The notes: generated by a model from the sequence alone, not told the origin. A stretch of 64,000 bases of DNA from Candidatus Magasanikbacteria bacterium CG1_02_41_34 (GCA_001871445.1 MNVD01000014.1:28776-92775), one strand, 5' to 3'. Shown: positions 20,807 to 31,598, numbered from the stretch's first letter. A program made the numbers and translations.

Positions 20807-21229
20807 ATGCCAACAATGAACCAGATTCTCCGCAAAGGGAGAACCTCACTAAAGGCGAAATCAAAATCGCCGGCGATGCAGTACACATGGGACAGTCTGC
20901 ACCGAAAATACACGAACCTCAAAAAAGGTTCCCCATTCAAACGTGGTGTGTGTACAAAGGTATACACCATGACTCCAAAGAAGCCAAACTCTGCGCTTCG
21001 AAAAGTTGCGAAGGTTCGTCTTTCAAACGGACAAGAAGTTATCGCATATATCGGGGGAGAAGGACACAATCTTCAAGAACACAGTATTGTACTCATCCGT
21101 GGTGGTCGTGTAAAAGATCTTCCGGGTGTTCGCTATCATATCGTTCGTGGTGTCTATGACACCCAAGGTGTCGACGGACGAAGACAAAGTCGTTCAAAAT
21201 ACGGAGCGAAACGACCTAAAAAAGCCTAA
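20807..21229 (+). CDS. rpsL: 30S ribosomal protein S12.
   Basis: [19 protein letters not shown]...[19 protein letters not shown]. Carries an insertion near the N-terminus relative to typical S12. Confidence 0.9.
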   Translation: MPTMNQILRKGRTSLKAKSKSPAMQYTWDSLHRKYTNLKKGSPFKRGVCTKVYTMTPKKPNSALRKVAKVRLSNGQEVIAYIGGEGHNLQEHSIVLIRGGRVKDLPGVRYHIVRGVYDTQGVDGRRQSRSKYGAKRPKKA

Positions 21230-21317
21230 GCTTTGTTTATCGCTTATCGCTTATCCCGCCAGTGCTCTGCCTGGACGGGATCCCTGCCAAAGGCGGGATT
21301 GTTAATTGTTAATTGAT

Positions 21318-21791
21318 ATGTCTAGAGGAAAAGCAGCACCAAAGCGTGTCCCAATGCCGGATCCAGTATATGGTAACGAGCTCATTGGACGGTTTATCAA
21401 TTTTTTGATGGAACGTGGAAAAAAATCTGTTGCGCAATCAATCGTGTATGATGCACTCATACTCGTGAAGGCAAAAAAGAGTGAAGATCCTGTAAAGATT
21501 TTTGAACAAGTTATTAATACTGCAAAACCACAAGTCGAGGTTCGTTCTCGCCGTGTTGGTGGTGCAAACTATCAAGTTCCAATGCCTGTTGTTGGTAATC
21601 GTCAAGATTCGCTCGCATTCCGATGGATCATCGCAGCAGCACGATCACGAAAAGGATCTATGGCAGAAAAACTTTCTGCAGAATTTCTTGATATTCTCGA
21701 AGGTACTGGTGGCACGATGAAAAAGCGTGATGATGTTCACCGTATGGCAGAAGCAAATAAAGCATTTGCTCATTTTGCACGACGTGGATAA
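21318..21791 (+). CDS. rpsG: 30S ribosomal protein S7.
   Basis: MSRGKAAPKRVPMPDPVYGNELIGRFINFLMERGKKSVAQ is the canonical S7 start. Confidence 0.9.
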   Translation: MSRGKAAPKRVPMPDPVYGNELIGRFINFLMERGKKSVAQSIVYDALILVKAKKSEDPVKIFEQVINTAKPQVEVRSRRVGGANYQVPMPVVGNRQDSLAFRWIIAAARSRKGSMAEKLSAEFLDILEGTGGTMKKRDDVHRMAEANKAFAHFARRG

Positions 21792-21888
21792 AAAATCCAA
21801 CAAGGTGAGAAAGGCTTACGATGCCAACAAGGCAGCCTTGTAAGCCTTCCTAGCCTTATACGCTTTATAAGCCTTATATTTTATATTT

Positions 21889-23988
21889 ATGCCTAGAGAA
21901 TACTCACTCGAACGAACCCGAAATATCGGGATCATGGCGCACATCGATGCAGGGAAAACTACGTTTACCGAGCGCGTCCTCTTTTATACAGGAAAAAAGC
22001 ACAAGATTGGTGAAGTTCACGAAGGTGCTGCGGAAATGGACTGGATGGAACAAGAAAAAGAACGTGGTATCACCATTACGAGTGCGGCAACAACATGTTT
22101 TTGGACACCTACGATTGGTGAGACTCCTGTAGCACACCGTATCAATATTATCGATACACCAGGGCATGTAGATTTTACGGTAGAAGTAGAACGATCACTG
22201 CGTGTGCTTGACGGAGCTGTTGCTGTTTTTGATGGATCCCAAGGTGTGGAACCTCAGTCAGAAACTGTGTGGCGCCAAGCTGACAAATATCGTGTTCCTC
22301 GTGTTTGTTTTGTAAACAAAATGGATAAAACAGGTGCAGATTTTTACATGAGTTTAAAATCTGTTCAACATCGATTGTCAGATAAGGCTGTTGCTATCCA
22401 ACTTCCTGTTGGCCAGGAATCAGAATTCCGTGGCATTATTGATTTGATTGAACAAAAAGCATATGCCTTTGAAGGGGATCACGGTATCGATATGGTTGAG
22501 ATCCCTATACCGGCAGATATGACTGAAAAAGTAATAGAGTATCGTGATATTCTTCTTGAAAAAGTTGCTGAAGCAAATGACACGTTGATGGACAAATACC
22601 TGAATGGAGAAGCACTCAGTATTTCAGAAATCAGAGCGGGAATTCGAAGTCTTGTTCTTGGAGATAGCATCTATCCTGTAATGTGTGGATCAGCGCTCGC
22701 AAATATTGGTGTACAGCTCGCACTCAATGAAGTTGTACATTCATTGCCATCTCCACTCGACGTGCCTCCTGCTATTGCGACAGATCCCGATGATGAAGAA
22801 AAGAAAACTGAAGTGGTTGCAGATGACAGCGCACCATTTGCGGCATTGGCATTCAAAGTAGCAACAGATCCATACGTTGGAAAATTGACATTCTTCCGTG
22901 TGTATTCTGGAACGCTCAAAGCTGGAAGTTATGTCATAAATACGACGACAGGAGAAAAAGAACGTATCGGTCGTCTCGTTATGCTTCATGCAAATAGTCG
23001 CCAAGAAGTGGGAGAAGTATTTGCAGGAGATATTGCTGCAGGTATTGGATTCAAAAGAACAACCACTGGTGATACGATCTGTGCAGAAAATCGTGAGCTT
23101 GTACTTGAAAAAATTACGTTTCCTGAACCTGTTATTCACATTGCTATTGAACCAAAGACAAAACCAGACCAAGAAAAAATGGGTATGGCACTGCAAAAAC
23201 TTGCAGAAGAAGACCCTACGTTCAAAGTTCATACAGACGAGGAAACACTCCAGACTATTATTTCTGGTATGGGAGAACTTCATCTCGACATTCTCGTGGA
23301 TCGTATGAAACGTGAATTTGGCGTTGAGGCAAATATCGGTGCACCACAAGTTGCGTATCGTGAAGCCATCAAAAATGAAGCAGAAGCAGAAGGAAAATAT
23401 GTCAAACAGTCAGGTGGACGTGGACAATTTGGACATTGTTGGATTCGTATCGAACCAAAAGAGGGAGGTACTGGATTTGAATTTGTGGATGACATCAAAG
23501 GTGGTTCTATTCCAAAAGAATATATTCCAGCTATCCAAAAAGGTATTCGAGAAACCATGGACAAAGGTGTTGTTGCTGGCTATCCAATGCTTGATATCAA
23601 AGCAACGGTGTACGATGGATCGTACCATGAAGTTGACTCGAGCGAAATTGCTTTCAAAATGGCAGGAAGTATGGCATTCAAGGCAGCAGCAAAAGCTGCA
23701 AACCCTGTTGTCATGGAACCTATCATGAAGGTGGAAGTTACAACGCCAGAAGAACACATGGGAGACGTTATCGGAGATATTAGTTCAAAACGTGGAACGA
23801 TTGAGGAAATGACAGATCGTGGAAAAGCAAAAGTTATCCGCGCAAAAGTACCACTTTCAGAAATGTTTGGGTACGTAAACAATCTTCGTTCTATGACACA
23901 AGGTCGTGCTTCGTATGCCATGGAATTTTCGCATTATCAAGAAGTTCCAAAGAATATTGAAGCAGAGATCGTTGCAGGAAAAAAATAA
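21889..23988 (+). CDS. fusA: Elongation factor G.
   Basis: G-domain motifs [22 protein letters not shown]. 699 aa. Follows rpsL-rpsG. Confidence 0.95.
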   Translation: MPREYSLERTRNIGIMAHIDAGKTTFTERVLFYTGKKHKIGEVHEGAAEMDWMEQEKERGITITSAATTCFWTPTIGETPVAHRINIIDTPGHVDFTVEVERSLRVLDGAVAVFDGSQGVEPQSETVWRQADKYRVPRVCFVNKMDKTGADFYMSLKSVQHRLSDKAVAIQLPVGQESEFRGIIDLIEQKAYAFEGDHGIDMVEIPIPADMTEKVIEYRDILLEKVAEANDTLMDKYLNGEALSISEIRAGIRSLVLGDSIYPVMCGSALANIGVQLALNEVVHSLPSPLDVPPAIATDPDDEEKKTEVVADDSAPFAALAFKVATDPYVGKLTFFRVYSGTLKAGSYVINTTTGEKERIGRLVMLHANSRQEVGEVFAGDIAAGIGFKRTTTGDTICAENRELVLEKITFPEPVIHIAIEPKTKPDQEKMGMALQKLAEEDPTFKVHTDEETLQTIISGMGELHLDILVDRMKREFGVEANIGAPQVAYREAIKNEAEAEGKYVKQSGGRGQFGHCWIRIEPKEGGTGFEFVDDIKGGSIPKEYIPAIQKGIRETMDKGVVAGYPMLDIKATVYDGSYHEVDSSEIAFKMAGSMAFKAAAKAANPVVMEPIMKVEVTTPEEHMGDVIGDISSKRGTIEEMTDRGKAKVIRAKVPLSEMFGYVNNLRSMTQGRASYAMEFSHYQEVPKNIEAEIVAGKK

Positions 23989-24000
23989 GTATAGAGATTA

Positions 24001-24032
24001 AAAAAAGACGACTCACAAGAGTCGTCTTTTTT
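24001..24032 (+). terminator. Rho-independent terminator after fusA.
   Basis: aaaaaa-gacgactc-acaa-gagtcgtc-tttttt. Confidence 0.65.
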
Positions 24033-24077
24033 GTACTTATTGAATTATCCTGGTTTTTCCTATAGGATACCTCTACT

Positions 24078-25172
24078 ATGAAAGAGCACTTACAAGCATT
24101 ATTAGAAAAGATTACGTCCACGTGGGCGCTTTTGGATATTGATGGACAAAAGGAAGAGTTGCAAAAATTGGAACAGGATATGCAAGCAGAAGGGTTTTGG
24201 AATGATACCGAGCAGGCTACCAAGATCAGTAAGCGTCATGAAGAATTGAAATCAGAAATTGATACGTGGCAATTACTTCAAGATGAAGTAGAAGGGCTCC
24301 TCAGTTTGAGTAAAGAATTGGAAGAGTCGCCCGATGAGGACATGGAAGCTGAAATTGATCAAAAAACAGAAAGTCTCGAAAAACAATTTGAAAAACTCGA
24401 ATTTATTCTACTCTTTGACGGAAAGCATGATAGAGACAATGCGCTTGTTACTATTCAAGCGGGGAGTGGTGGTACGGAAGCGCAAGATTGGGCTGAGATG
24501 CTTGAGAGAATGATTTTGCGATATGTAGAGAAAAAGGGATGGAAGGCAACATTGCTAGATGAATCAAAAGGTGCAGAAGCCGGCATAAAGTCAGCAACAG
24601 TTGAAGTGACTGGGCGATATGCTTTTGGGCATTTGAAAAGTGAACATGGAACACATCGGCTCGTTCGTCTTTCTCCTTTTGACGCAGAAGGGATGCGACA
24701 CACGTCTTTTGCATCGATAGAAGTCATTCCAGAAATGGAGACTGGTGATGCGGTGGTGATTGATCCAAAAGAGTTACGTGTCGACACATTTATGGCTGGA
24801 GGAAAAGGGGGGCAGAGTGTGAACACCACATATTCTGCTGTTCGTATTGTACATGTTCCTACGGGTATTACCGTACAATGTCAAAATGAACGATCGCAAG
24901 TTCAAAATAAAGAAAGCGCCATGCGTGTCCTTCAGGCAAAGTTGCAAAAGGTGCAGGAGGATCAAGAAGAGGCGGAGCGATTGAAACTTCGTGGCGAGCA
25001 CAAAAGTCCAGAGTGGGGAAATCAGATTCGTAATTATGTATTGCATCCATACCATCTAGTAAAAGATGTTCGTACAAAATATGAAACAGCAGATGATGAG
25101 CGTGTGTTGAATGGGGAGATTGATGATTTTATTGAAGCCTATTTGCGATGGATAAAATCACAAAACATGTAA
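24078..25172 (+). CDS. prfB: Peptide chain release factor 2.
   Basis: SPF tripeptide (RLSPFDAEG) and GGQ motif (GGKGGQSVNTT). One continuous 364-aa frame with no internal programmed frameshift. Confidence 0.85.
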   Translation: MKEHLQALLEKITSTWALLDIDGQKEELQKLEQDMQAEGFWNDTEQATKISKRHEELKSEIDTWQLLQDEVEGLLSLSKELEESPDEDMEAEIDQKTESLEKQFEKLEFILLFDGKHDRDNALVTIQAGSGGTEAQDWAEMLERMILRYVEKKGWKATLLDESKGAEAGIKSATVEVTGRYAFGHLKSEHGTHRLVRLSPFDAEGMRHTSFASIEVIPEMETGDAVVIDPKELRVDTFMAGGKGGQSVNTTYSAVRIVHVPTGITVQCQNERSQVQNKESAMRVLQAKLQKVQEDQEEAERLKLRGEHKSPEWGNQIRNYVLHPYHLVKDVRTKYETADDERVLNGEIDDFIEAYLRWIKSQNM

Positions 25173-25189
25173 CACGTAACAATTGTTAT

Positions 25190-25798
25190 ATGAACGTTAT
25201 TGATAAAAAACAACTAGACATTTCATCTCTTGCCCAAGCATTATTTGCCGGACAGACCATTGTCTATCCCACAGAAACATGTTACGGGCTTGGGTGTGAT
25301 GCGACAAATCAATTGGCTGTTGATACAATTTTTGATATTAAAAAAAGACAACGCAATAAACCCGTGTTGGTTGTCGCGCATGATCTTTCTGTGATGCTTG
25401 AACATGTATTTGATTCAGAAACACTTTTTGAAATAGAAGAAAAATATTGGCCAGGACCACTCACTGTTGTGACCAAGGTTCGTCTAGATTCAACCCTTGC
25501 AAAAGGCGTGATCGCTGAAGATGGAACGGTAGCATTTCGTATTACAGAGCACCCCATCGCGGCAGCACTCTGCCAGGCAATAAACGGACCTCTTGTTTCT
25601 ACTTCTGCAAATATTTCTACACACGAAAGTCCGTATGATATCAAGAACGTACTTGCTATGTTTGATCATGAACTCGTGCAGCCTGATATTGTCATTGATG
25701 GAGGGAAGCTTTCACACGAAAGCCCATCGACTATTGTGAGAATTCATGAAGATGGTACACTGGAAGTTCTTCGCGAGGGAGAAATTATTCTACATTAA
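25190..25798 (+). CDS. tsaC: L-threonylcarbamoyladenylate synthase (YrdC/Sua5/TsaC family).
   Basis: YPTETCYGLGCDA, KKRQRNKPVLVVAHD. Start set at the MNVID downstream of the prfB stop. Confidence 0.8.
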   Translation: MNVIDKKQLDISSLAQALFAGQTIVYPTETCYGLGCDATNQLAVDTIFDIKKRQRNKPVLVVAHDLSVMLEHVFDSETLFEIEEKYWPGPLTVVTKVRLDSTLAKGVIAEDGTVAFRITEHPIAAALCQAINGPLVSTSANISTHESPYDIKNVLAMFDHELVQPDIVIDGGKLSHESPSTIVRIHEDGTLEVLREGEIILH

Positions 25799-25927
25799 AT
25801 TCTTCCCCTACGAGGGGGAGCTAGAGGGGGTCTTTAGTACAAAAGACTGTATAGGATATACTATGAAGTGATTTCTTGCTAAAGACCCCACCTAACCTCC
25901 CCTGATAGGGGAGGAATATATTATTCT

Positions 25928-27091
25928 ATGTTTCACACGTCAAAATATTATTTTCCTATATTTATTGTTGCTGTAGCTTTTTTTACTGCGGGTGTTGGTT
26001 GGCAGTGGATTGAGGTTCAACAGGAGAGTGGTTTTTATTATTATTTTGGAACGCTCGATGAAGCTCCAAAAGATGCACTCGCTGTCCGACTCTATCAAGC
26101 ACAAAAGAAAGATGCCGCAAAACCAGAGAAACTCGAAGTAAAAGGGATTTATCTCACAGCATATACTGCGAGCAATGATACATCGAGACAGCGACTTATT
26201 GATCTCATCAATGCGACAGAACTCAACGCGGTAGTGATAGATATAAAAGATTATACGGGGTATATGTTGTACGACAGCAATATTGATAGCGTGAATGAAC
26301 TCGGTACTGATAAAGACAGGCTTGGAGATGTAAAAAAAATCGTAGACGATTTTCATGATCATGATATTTACGTTATTGCGAGGCAGACCGTTTTTCAAGA
26401 TCCTGTGCTTGCAGAAAAAAAACATGCATGGGCAATTGGTGCAAAAACAGGAGGACTCTGGCGAGATAATAAAGGGCTTGCTTGGGTTGACCCAACAAAA
26501 GAAGAAGTGTGGCAATACAATGTGGATATTGCAAAGGAAGTTATTGCTTTTGGTTTCGATGAAGTGCAATTTGACTACGTGCGCTTCCCATCCGATGGTA
26601 ATATGAGCAATGTCGTCTACACCAATGGCGTAGAAGAAAAGTACGATGTCATGCGTCATTTTTATACGTTTCTCGGTGAACAGCTCGCAGATGAGCCTGC
26701 TTGGATCTCACTCGATATGTTTGGTTTTGTTATGGAACGGCATGATGGTATGAATATTGGTCAGAGGCTTGAAGATGCTGTCGGTAATGTCGATTACATC
26801 TCACCGATGATGTATCCTTCTCATTATCCTGCAGGCCATCTTGGCCTTGCAAATCCTGCAGCGTCTCCTGGTATTGTTATAGCAAATGGTATGCAAAAGG
26901 GGATATCGTTTTTTGAACATACAAAAACAGAAGTTCGTCCCTGGATACAAGCCTTCAATATAGGTGCTGTGTATGGTGCGACGAATATTCGGGCACAGAT
27001 AGATAATGTAGAAAAGTACACTGACGGCGGTTGGCTTTTGTGGAATGCGGCGAATCGGTATAGCAGTGCTGGATTGGAATCTGCTGAGTAA
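25928..27091 (+). CDS. Putative glycoside hydrolase-like TIM-barrel protein (DUF4015-like) with an N-terminal TM helix.
   Basis: GFDEVQFDYVRFPSDG and the surrounding pattern resemble the DUF4015 / GH-like family. Confidence 0.5.
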   Translation: MFHTSKYYFPIFIVAVAFFTAGVGWQWIEVQQESGFYYYFGTLDEAPKDALAVRLYQAQKKDAAKPEKLEVKGIYLTAYTASNDTSRQRLIDLINATELNAVVIDIKDYTGYMLYDSNIDSVNELGTDKDRLGDVKKIVDDFHDHDIYVIARQTVFQDPVLAEKKHAWAIGAKTGGLWRDNKGLAWVDPTKEEVWQYNVDIAKEVIAFGFDEVQFDYVRFPSDGNMSNVVYTNGVEEKYDVMRHFYTFLGEQLADEPAWISLDMFGFVMERHDGMNIGQRLEDAVGNVDYISPMMYPSHYPAGHLGLANPAASPGIVIANGMQKGISFFEHTKTEVRPWIQAFNIGAVYGATNIRAQIDNVEKYTDGGWLLWNAANRYSSAGLESAE

Positions 27092-27103
27092 CTTTTTGGA
27101 TGT

Positions 27104-27715
27104 ATGAACGCACATAAGGGGAAAACAGCGGTGGCGGTGTCAGCAGACGATATAAAACAAACATTGCCTGGCTATAATCCAAGAGCCTCTCATCTTGTTC
27201 ATAGAGAATCAACACGTATTGCGGATCGTCAGTTTTTTTTTCTTCTCAAAGACACGGATTATAACGATGTCGTGCTCATGTCTGGAGGTTCTGCATCTGG
27301 CAAAACGGAATATATTGAAACCTTCCTTTTGGACGAGGAGCATATCATTTTTGATGGTACACTTCCTACCGTGCTTGGTGCATCAATAAAGATAAAACAG
27401 GCTCAGAAATATAAAAAGAATGTTTCTATCCATGCTGTAATTCCAGATGACCTGCGTAGGGCATACCTTGCATTTTTGGGGAGGGAACGTCAGTATGAGG
27501 ATATACATTTTTTTCGAACTCACTCTGATTCGAGAAGAACCCTGTTGAATATAGCATCAGCATACCCTGATATGAAGATCACTCTCATTGAAAGTTCGTA
27601 TAGGAGGAATATGCTTCGGTTTGAAGAATTCATATTTCCTGTCAGAGAAGACATGATTGAATTTTTAGAGAGTATTCAGTATACTGAGAGTGAAATACAA
27701 CATTTCGTAGTATGA
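27104..27715 (+). CDS. P-loop kinase-like protein (zeta-toxin / AAA_33-like).
   Basis: Walker A-like SGGSASGKTEYI; no other motif recognised. Confidence 0.35.
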   Translation: MNAHKGKTAVAVSADDIKQTLPGYNPRASHLVHRESTRIADRQFFFLLKDTDYNDVVLMSGGSASGKTEYIETFLLDEEHIIFDGTLPTVLGASIKIKQAQKYKKNVSIHAVIPDDLRRAYLAFLGRERQYEDIHFFRTHSDSRRTLLNIASAYPDMKITLIESSYRRNMLRFEEFIFPVREDMIEFLESIQYTESEIQHFVV

Positions 27716-27969
27716 AAAAAAGAGTCTTGATACCAAAACGTCCATCCAATCCTTCCTTACGAGCGTATACAAGAGCTGTCCGCCAAGGACAACTCGGCAT
27801 CCATGTGGTAAAGCATGAAAAAGGATGGGTGGTGAAAAAAATTGGGGGTACTCAGCACCCAATATTTGATACCCAAGAAGATGCCGAAAAGCATGCTTTG
27901 CGTCAAAAGAAGAAAGCAAATACGGTATATGTGCATGGGCGTGATGGACGGATAAAACGGGTTCATTAG
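27712..27969 (+). CDS. DUF2188-family small protein.
   Basis: Two DUF2188-type signatures, HVVKHEKGWVVKKIGG...F.T.EDA and VYVHGRDGRIKR. Start overlaps the upstream stop (ATGA). Confidence 0.55.
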   Translation: MKKRVLIPKRPSNPSLRAYTRAVRQGQLGIHVVKHEKGWVVKKIGGTQHPIFDTQEDAEKHALRQKKKANTVYVHGRDGRIKRVH

Positions 27970-27999
27970 TATGTTTTATTATTCTAAACATGGAGGTGT

Positions 28000-28587
28000 A
28001 TGCTAGGCATTTTTTTAAAAAAATATGGAAATAAACAGCTCAGCTGGGCTGTGTTTAGTATTGTATTCCTTGTGTTGCTTGTGGGGGCTTTTTTGTTTTG
28101 GAGGAATAAAACAGTGACCCCTGAGGTTCGTGGAAGTGTTGAAGTGGTAGGTGAGGGGATTGAGGTCGTGGAGGAATATGGAAAGAAAGTTATTGTGAAT
28201 GAGGAGGATGGGTATCGGATTACCGTTGCGGATATAGAATGGGTAAAGAAAGAACCAGGTTCTCTTTTTATAGATTTACCGGATGTGTATGGAGATGGAA
28301 TAGAGGGTGGTGGATATAAACCGAGCATATCAATAACCTCTCATAAAACGTCTTTGACAGCACTGGAAGAAGCAGAAAAATGGATTTCCAATCAGAAGGA
28401 TTCCAAATACTATTCAGCCGAGGTGCAAAAAGATGATACAGGGAGGACCTATGCTGTTGTACACGATAATGCCTTTTTTGGTGGGCCAAAACCATATATC
28501 TTTTTTATATATGAGCAAACACTGCACGTCATAGATGCGGATTTTGTGGATGTGAAAGAAGTTTTAGATAGTTTGAGATTTCTATGA
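28000..28587 (+). CDS. Hypothetical membrane-anchored protein.
   Basis: N-terminal TM helix; no domain recognised. Confidence 0.35.
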   Translation: MLGIFLKKYGNKQLSWAVFSIVFLVLLVGAFLFWRNKTVTPEVRGSVEVVGEGIEVVEEYGKKVIVNEEDGYRITVADIEWVKKEPGSLFIDLPDVYGDGIEGGGYKPSISITSHKTSLTALEEAEKWISNQKDSKYYSAEVQKDDTGRTYAVVHDNAFFGGPKPYIFFIYEQTLHVIDADFVDVKEVLDSLRFL

Positions 28588-31500
28588 AAAAATTAGGAGG
28601 GGAAACACTGTTATTCATTTTAGCTTTTTATCTCTTGCCTTGTATTGCTATTGCGGCAACGATTGGATTTCAGCTGCCTATTAAAGAAAATTTTACGACA
28701 AGTCTCACGCTAGGGGAATCATGGAAAAATGGTGCTTGGCTGTTTGGTCATATGGGAGATGACTTGGTAGTGGGTGCGGGAACAAATGTGTATGCAGTCG
28801 CAGATGGAAAAGTTGTGTACGTCAAAAAATGGCCTCTGTGTGATGTGTATAAGGATGTCAGTGGAGTCAAAACATTGATTGAAAGTGATCATGGTTGGGG
28901 AGGAGTTGTTATTATTGAACACAGGTTACCTTCATCAGAAAGTTTTATTGTACAAGATTCGTACATTACATCTGATGGCATCGATATAGCTCCTCGAGCT
29001 GTATACACCCAGTATGGACACCTTGGAAATATTCTTGTTGAAGAAGGACAAGAGATCTCTTTCAATCAGAAAATTGCTGAGGTTGGAGATATGTGCAAAT
29101 GGAGACCTCATCTCCATTTTGAAGTAAAAAGTGTGCAAGGGTACAATACTGATCTTTCGTCATCATCAGGAGCAGGTTTTGGGTATTCCGGTACAGATGC
29201 GTACGCTCCTTATAGATACATACCATCAAAATTTGTAGAACTCAACAAGGCAGGAATTGTAGAAGAGGCTACCCAGTTTCCAGCCCAGCAAAATTCAAAC
29301 ACGATTTCCAACCCCAATACATCACCATCCTTTTGGCAAAAAATAAAACTCTTTTTTTCAGACGTATTCTCTCATAGCGGCAAAGCGGATACTCAATCCG
29401 AACAAAACATTGAGCCCATAGAAATTGCAGAGAAGACGCCGGAAATGACACAAGAGAAAAAAGAAACACCAACATCGGCGCAGACGAACGCCACTTTTCT
29501 TCCTGCATATATAACAATCACTGCTCTGCCCGGGCAAACGGATGCCGAGCTTATCATTTTTGCAAAAAATACCGGCAATACCACATGGCTGCGAGATAAT
29601 ACATCACTCAATGTTGTCGGGGGTTCACAGGCAAATATTCAATTTCATCACTCACAATGGGTCACTCAGCTGCGACCCACACTCATGAAAGAAGCAACCG
29701 TCCTTCCGGGTGATGTCGGCTCATTTGCATTCCGCGCATCATTGCCGGAGGATATCTCACAGATATTTCATCTTCAGCTCGTACAACAACAGGGGAGTAG
29801 CTTTACCCAAATAGGATCACAATTCGTACAGGTTGCTTTTGCTGTGAAAGAAAAAGAGGAAAAAACAGACATCACCGAACAGACGAATCCGCAGGATGAG
29901 AACACATTTTTTGAAAAGCTCAATACCATACAAGACGTCCTTGGTGAAAAGATTTCAGAGGTTTTTCAAGACATTGCAAAGATTATACCGAACACCTTTT
30001 TTGGTGGAGGGTCAGGTACCCAAGATACACAGCAAGAAGAACAAGCCGAGACAGATGAAGAGCCTGAAGAAGATACTGAACATCCTGAAATCACAATCAC
30101 CTCGCCGACCACAACAATGCTATATACAACCGTACCGACAACGACTCTTCATGGAACATCAAACGAAGATGTGGCACTCATCACCGTAAACGGCACTTCA
30201 ACACAGGATCTTGTACTCGATATTGTGAATGGTGTGTGGAAATTTTCGCCAACACTTCAGGAATACACGACGAGTACGTTTACGTTCATCGGGTGGAATG
30301 CCGAGAGCACCGTGAGCAGCACCTCACATTCTGTTTCGTATTATTACGAACGACCGGCGCCGCCTGCGCCGGAGATCAGTATCACATCACCGACATCGAG
30401 TGTGATATACGTGACCAGCATGCCGGTGACAATTGCCGGAGTGTTTAGCGACCAGACATCGTACCTTACGATAAACGGCGTGACCTCCTCAGTGTTTGTC
30501 TACGATGCGACAAGGAGTGAATGGTCTATTGAACTCAGTGATATCCCCGCGCATACAACGACCACCTACGAATTTGTCGGATGGAGTGCCGAAAGCACAA
30601 CAAGCAGCTCACCGGTCAGCATCGATGTCTTGTATGAACCTCAGATTGTTCCTCTTGCCAAAGCACCAACGATTTTGACTCCAACAGCAAGTGGTGAATA
30701 TACGACACATGCCATTTCAGTTCAGATTGGTGGAACAGCACCTACAGGAACAGTTTCTGTTGCGCTCGTTGCCGCAGGCGTCACGACGACTGTTTCTGTC
30801 GAACACAATGCATGGATGACCTCTATTCATCTGCCTGGCACCGGCGTCTATGACGTCGTCGCCTATGGAGTGAGTGTTGCGGCGAACATATCAGCAAGCA
30901 TTTCATTAGTGGTACATGTGGAACGGTATACCGAAGCGGAATATATCTCTTTGAGTGAAATAGCATGGATGGGGACAAAAGCCGCTGCGGACGATGAATG
31001 GTTTGAGGTCATGATTATCCCTCCTGAAGAAGGAGGCGTTCCATCTCTTTTTGAGGATGATGAGTTTTCACCCGACAGCTCAGAACTGTTTCGGGTGGTA
31101 TGGGGCACATACGATAGCGAGACAGGTCTGTACGATCATACTGTATCTTTTCATGAAGAAGATTTTGCTTTGATTCAAGGACCCGGCGCTCCGATAGATA
31201 TTGGTCAGGGTAATCGTTCGCTACAACCATCGCCAATACAGATCGTGTTCGAACGAACATCATCAAGCACGCTGAGGAATGCTTCGGGAATTGTGTATAC
31301 CGGTTTGCTAAAAAACACCGGCGAGCGTATGCTTGTCCTTCTGGGAGGAACAATTATTGTGGATGATGTTGATGCGCGAAATGCATGGTTTGAGAAAGGC
31401 GACAATACAACAAAACAGGCTATGCACAGAATTGATCCTACCCTGTCAGGGTCTGATCCCGGCAACTGGTGTACGTTTGATGAGTGCTCGGAAAACACAC

Positions 31501-31598
31501 AGTATCTCGGAGAAGCCCAGGCATTGGATGCCGGCGGGAACCTAGTTCACGGATCTCCTTATAGCCCGAACATAGACATCAGCGGTCCCTATTGGTAG
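28584..31598 (+). CDS. Large (1004 aa) secreted M23/LytM-family peptidase with three tandem S/T-rich Ig-like repeats of about 80 aa.
   Basis: M23 motifs near the N-terminus (GDDLVVGAGTNVYAVADGKVVYV and HLHFEV). Three repeats I[TS]ITSPT...GW[NS]AESTxSS. Signal peptide. Confidence 0.65.
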   Translation: MKKLGGETLLFILAFYLLPCIAIAATIGFQLPIKENFTTSLTLGESWKNGAWLFGHMGDDLVVGAGTNVYAVADGKVVYVKKWPLCDVYKDVSGVKTLIESDHGWGGVVIIEHRLPSSESFIVQDSYITSDGIDIAPRAVYTQYGHLGNILVEEGQEISFNQKIAEVGDMCKWRPHLHFEVKSVQGYNTDLSSSSGAGFGYSGTDAYAPYRYIPSKFVELNKAGIVEEATQFPAQQNSNTISNPNTSPSFWQKIKLFFSDVFSHSGKADTQSEQNIEPIEIAEKTPEMTQEKKETPTSAQTNATFLPAYITITALPGQTDAELIIFAKNTGNTTWLRDNTSLNVVGGSQANIQFHHSQWVTQLRPTLMKEATVLPGDVGSFAFRASLPEDISQIFHLQLVQQQGSSFTQIGSQFVQVAFAVKEKEEKTDITEQTNPQDENTFFEKLNTIQDVLGEKISEVFQDIAKIIPNTFFGGGSGTQDTQQEEQAETDEEPEEDTEHPEITITSPTTTMLYTTVPTTTLHGTSNEDVALITVNGTSTQDLVLDIVNGVWKFSPTLQEYTTSTFTFIGWNAESTVSSTSHSVSYYYERPAPPAPEISITSPTSSVIYVTSMPVTIAGVFSDQTSYLTINGVTSSVFVYDATRSEWSIELSDIPAHTTTTYEFVGWSAESTTSSSPVSIDVLYEPQIVPLAKAPTILTPTASGEYTTHAISVQIGGTAPTGTVSVALVAAGVTTTVSVEHNAWMTSIHLPGTGVYDVVAYGVSVAANISASISLVVHVERYTEAEYISLSEIAWMGTKAAADDEWFEVMIIPPEEGGVPSLFEDDEFSPDSSELFRVVWGTYDSETGLYDHTVSFHEEDFALIQGPGAPIDIGQGNRSLQPSPIQIVFERTSSSTLRNASGIVYTGLLKNTGERMLVLLGGTIIVDDVDARNAWFEKGDNTTKQAMHRIDPTLSGSDPGNWCTFDECSENTQYLGEAQALDAGGNLVHGSPYSPNIDISGPYW

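Noticed and set aside
21229-21318. Short tandem duplications (ttatcgc x2, ttaattg x2) between rpsL and rpsG.
   Set aside because: They are too short and too few to be a functional repeat array. They are probably slippage duplications in an intercistronic spacer, though S7 autoregulation sites can lie here.
22741-23349. 202-aa minus-strand ORF and several other ORFs of 60-130 aa inside fusA; similar nested ORFs lie inside uvrD, the giant gene and the VirB6-like gene.
   Set aside because: They are embedded antisense or out-of-frame within high-confidence conserved genes. Their composition is Cys/Phe/Ser-rich in the way typical of AT-rich antisense frames.
24078-25172. Looked for the programmed +1 frameshift site (CUU UGA C) common in bacterial prfB.
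   Set aside because: The RF2 frame is continuous from the N-terminal Met through the SPF and GGQ motifs. No in-frame UGA or shifty site was seen, so this prfB is encoded without a frameshift.
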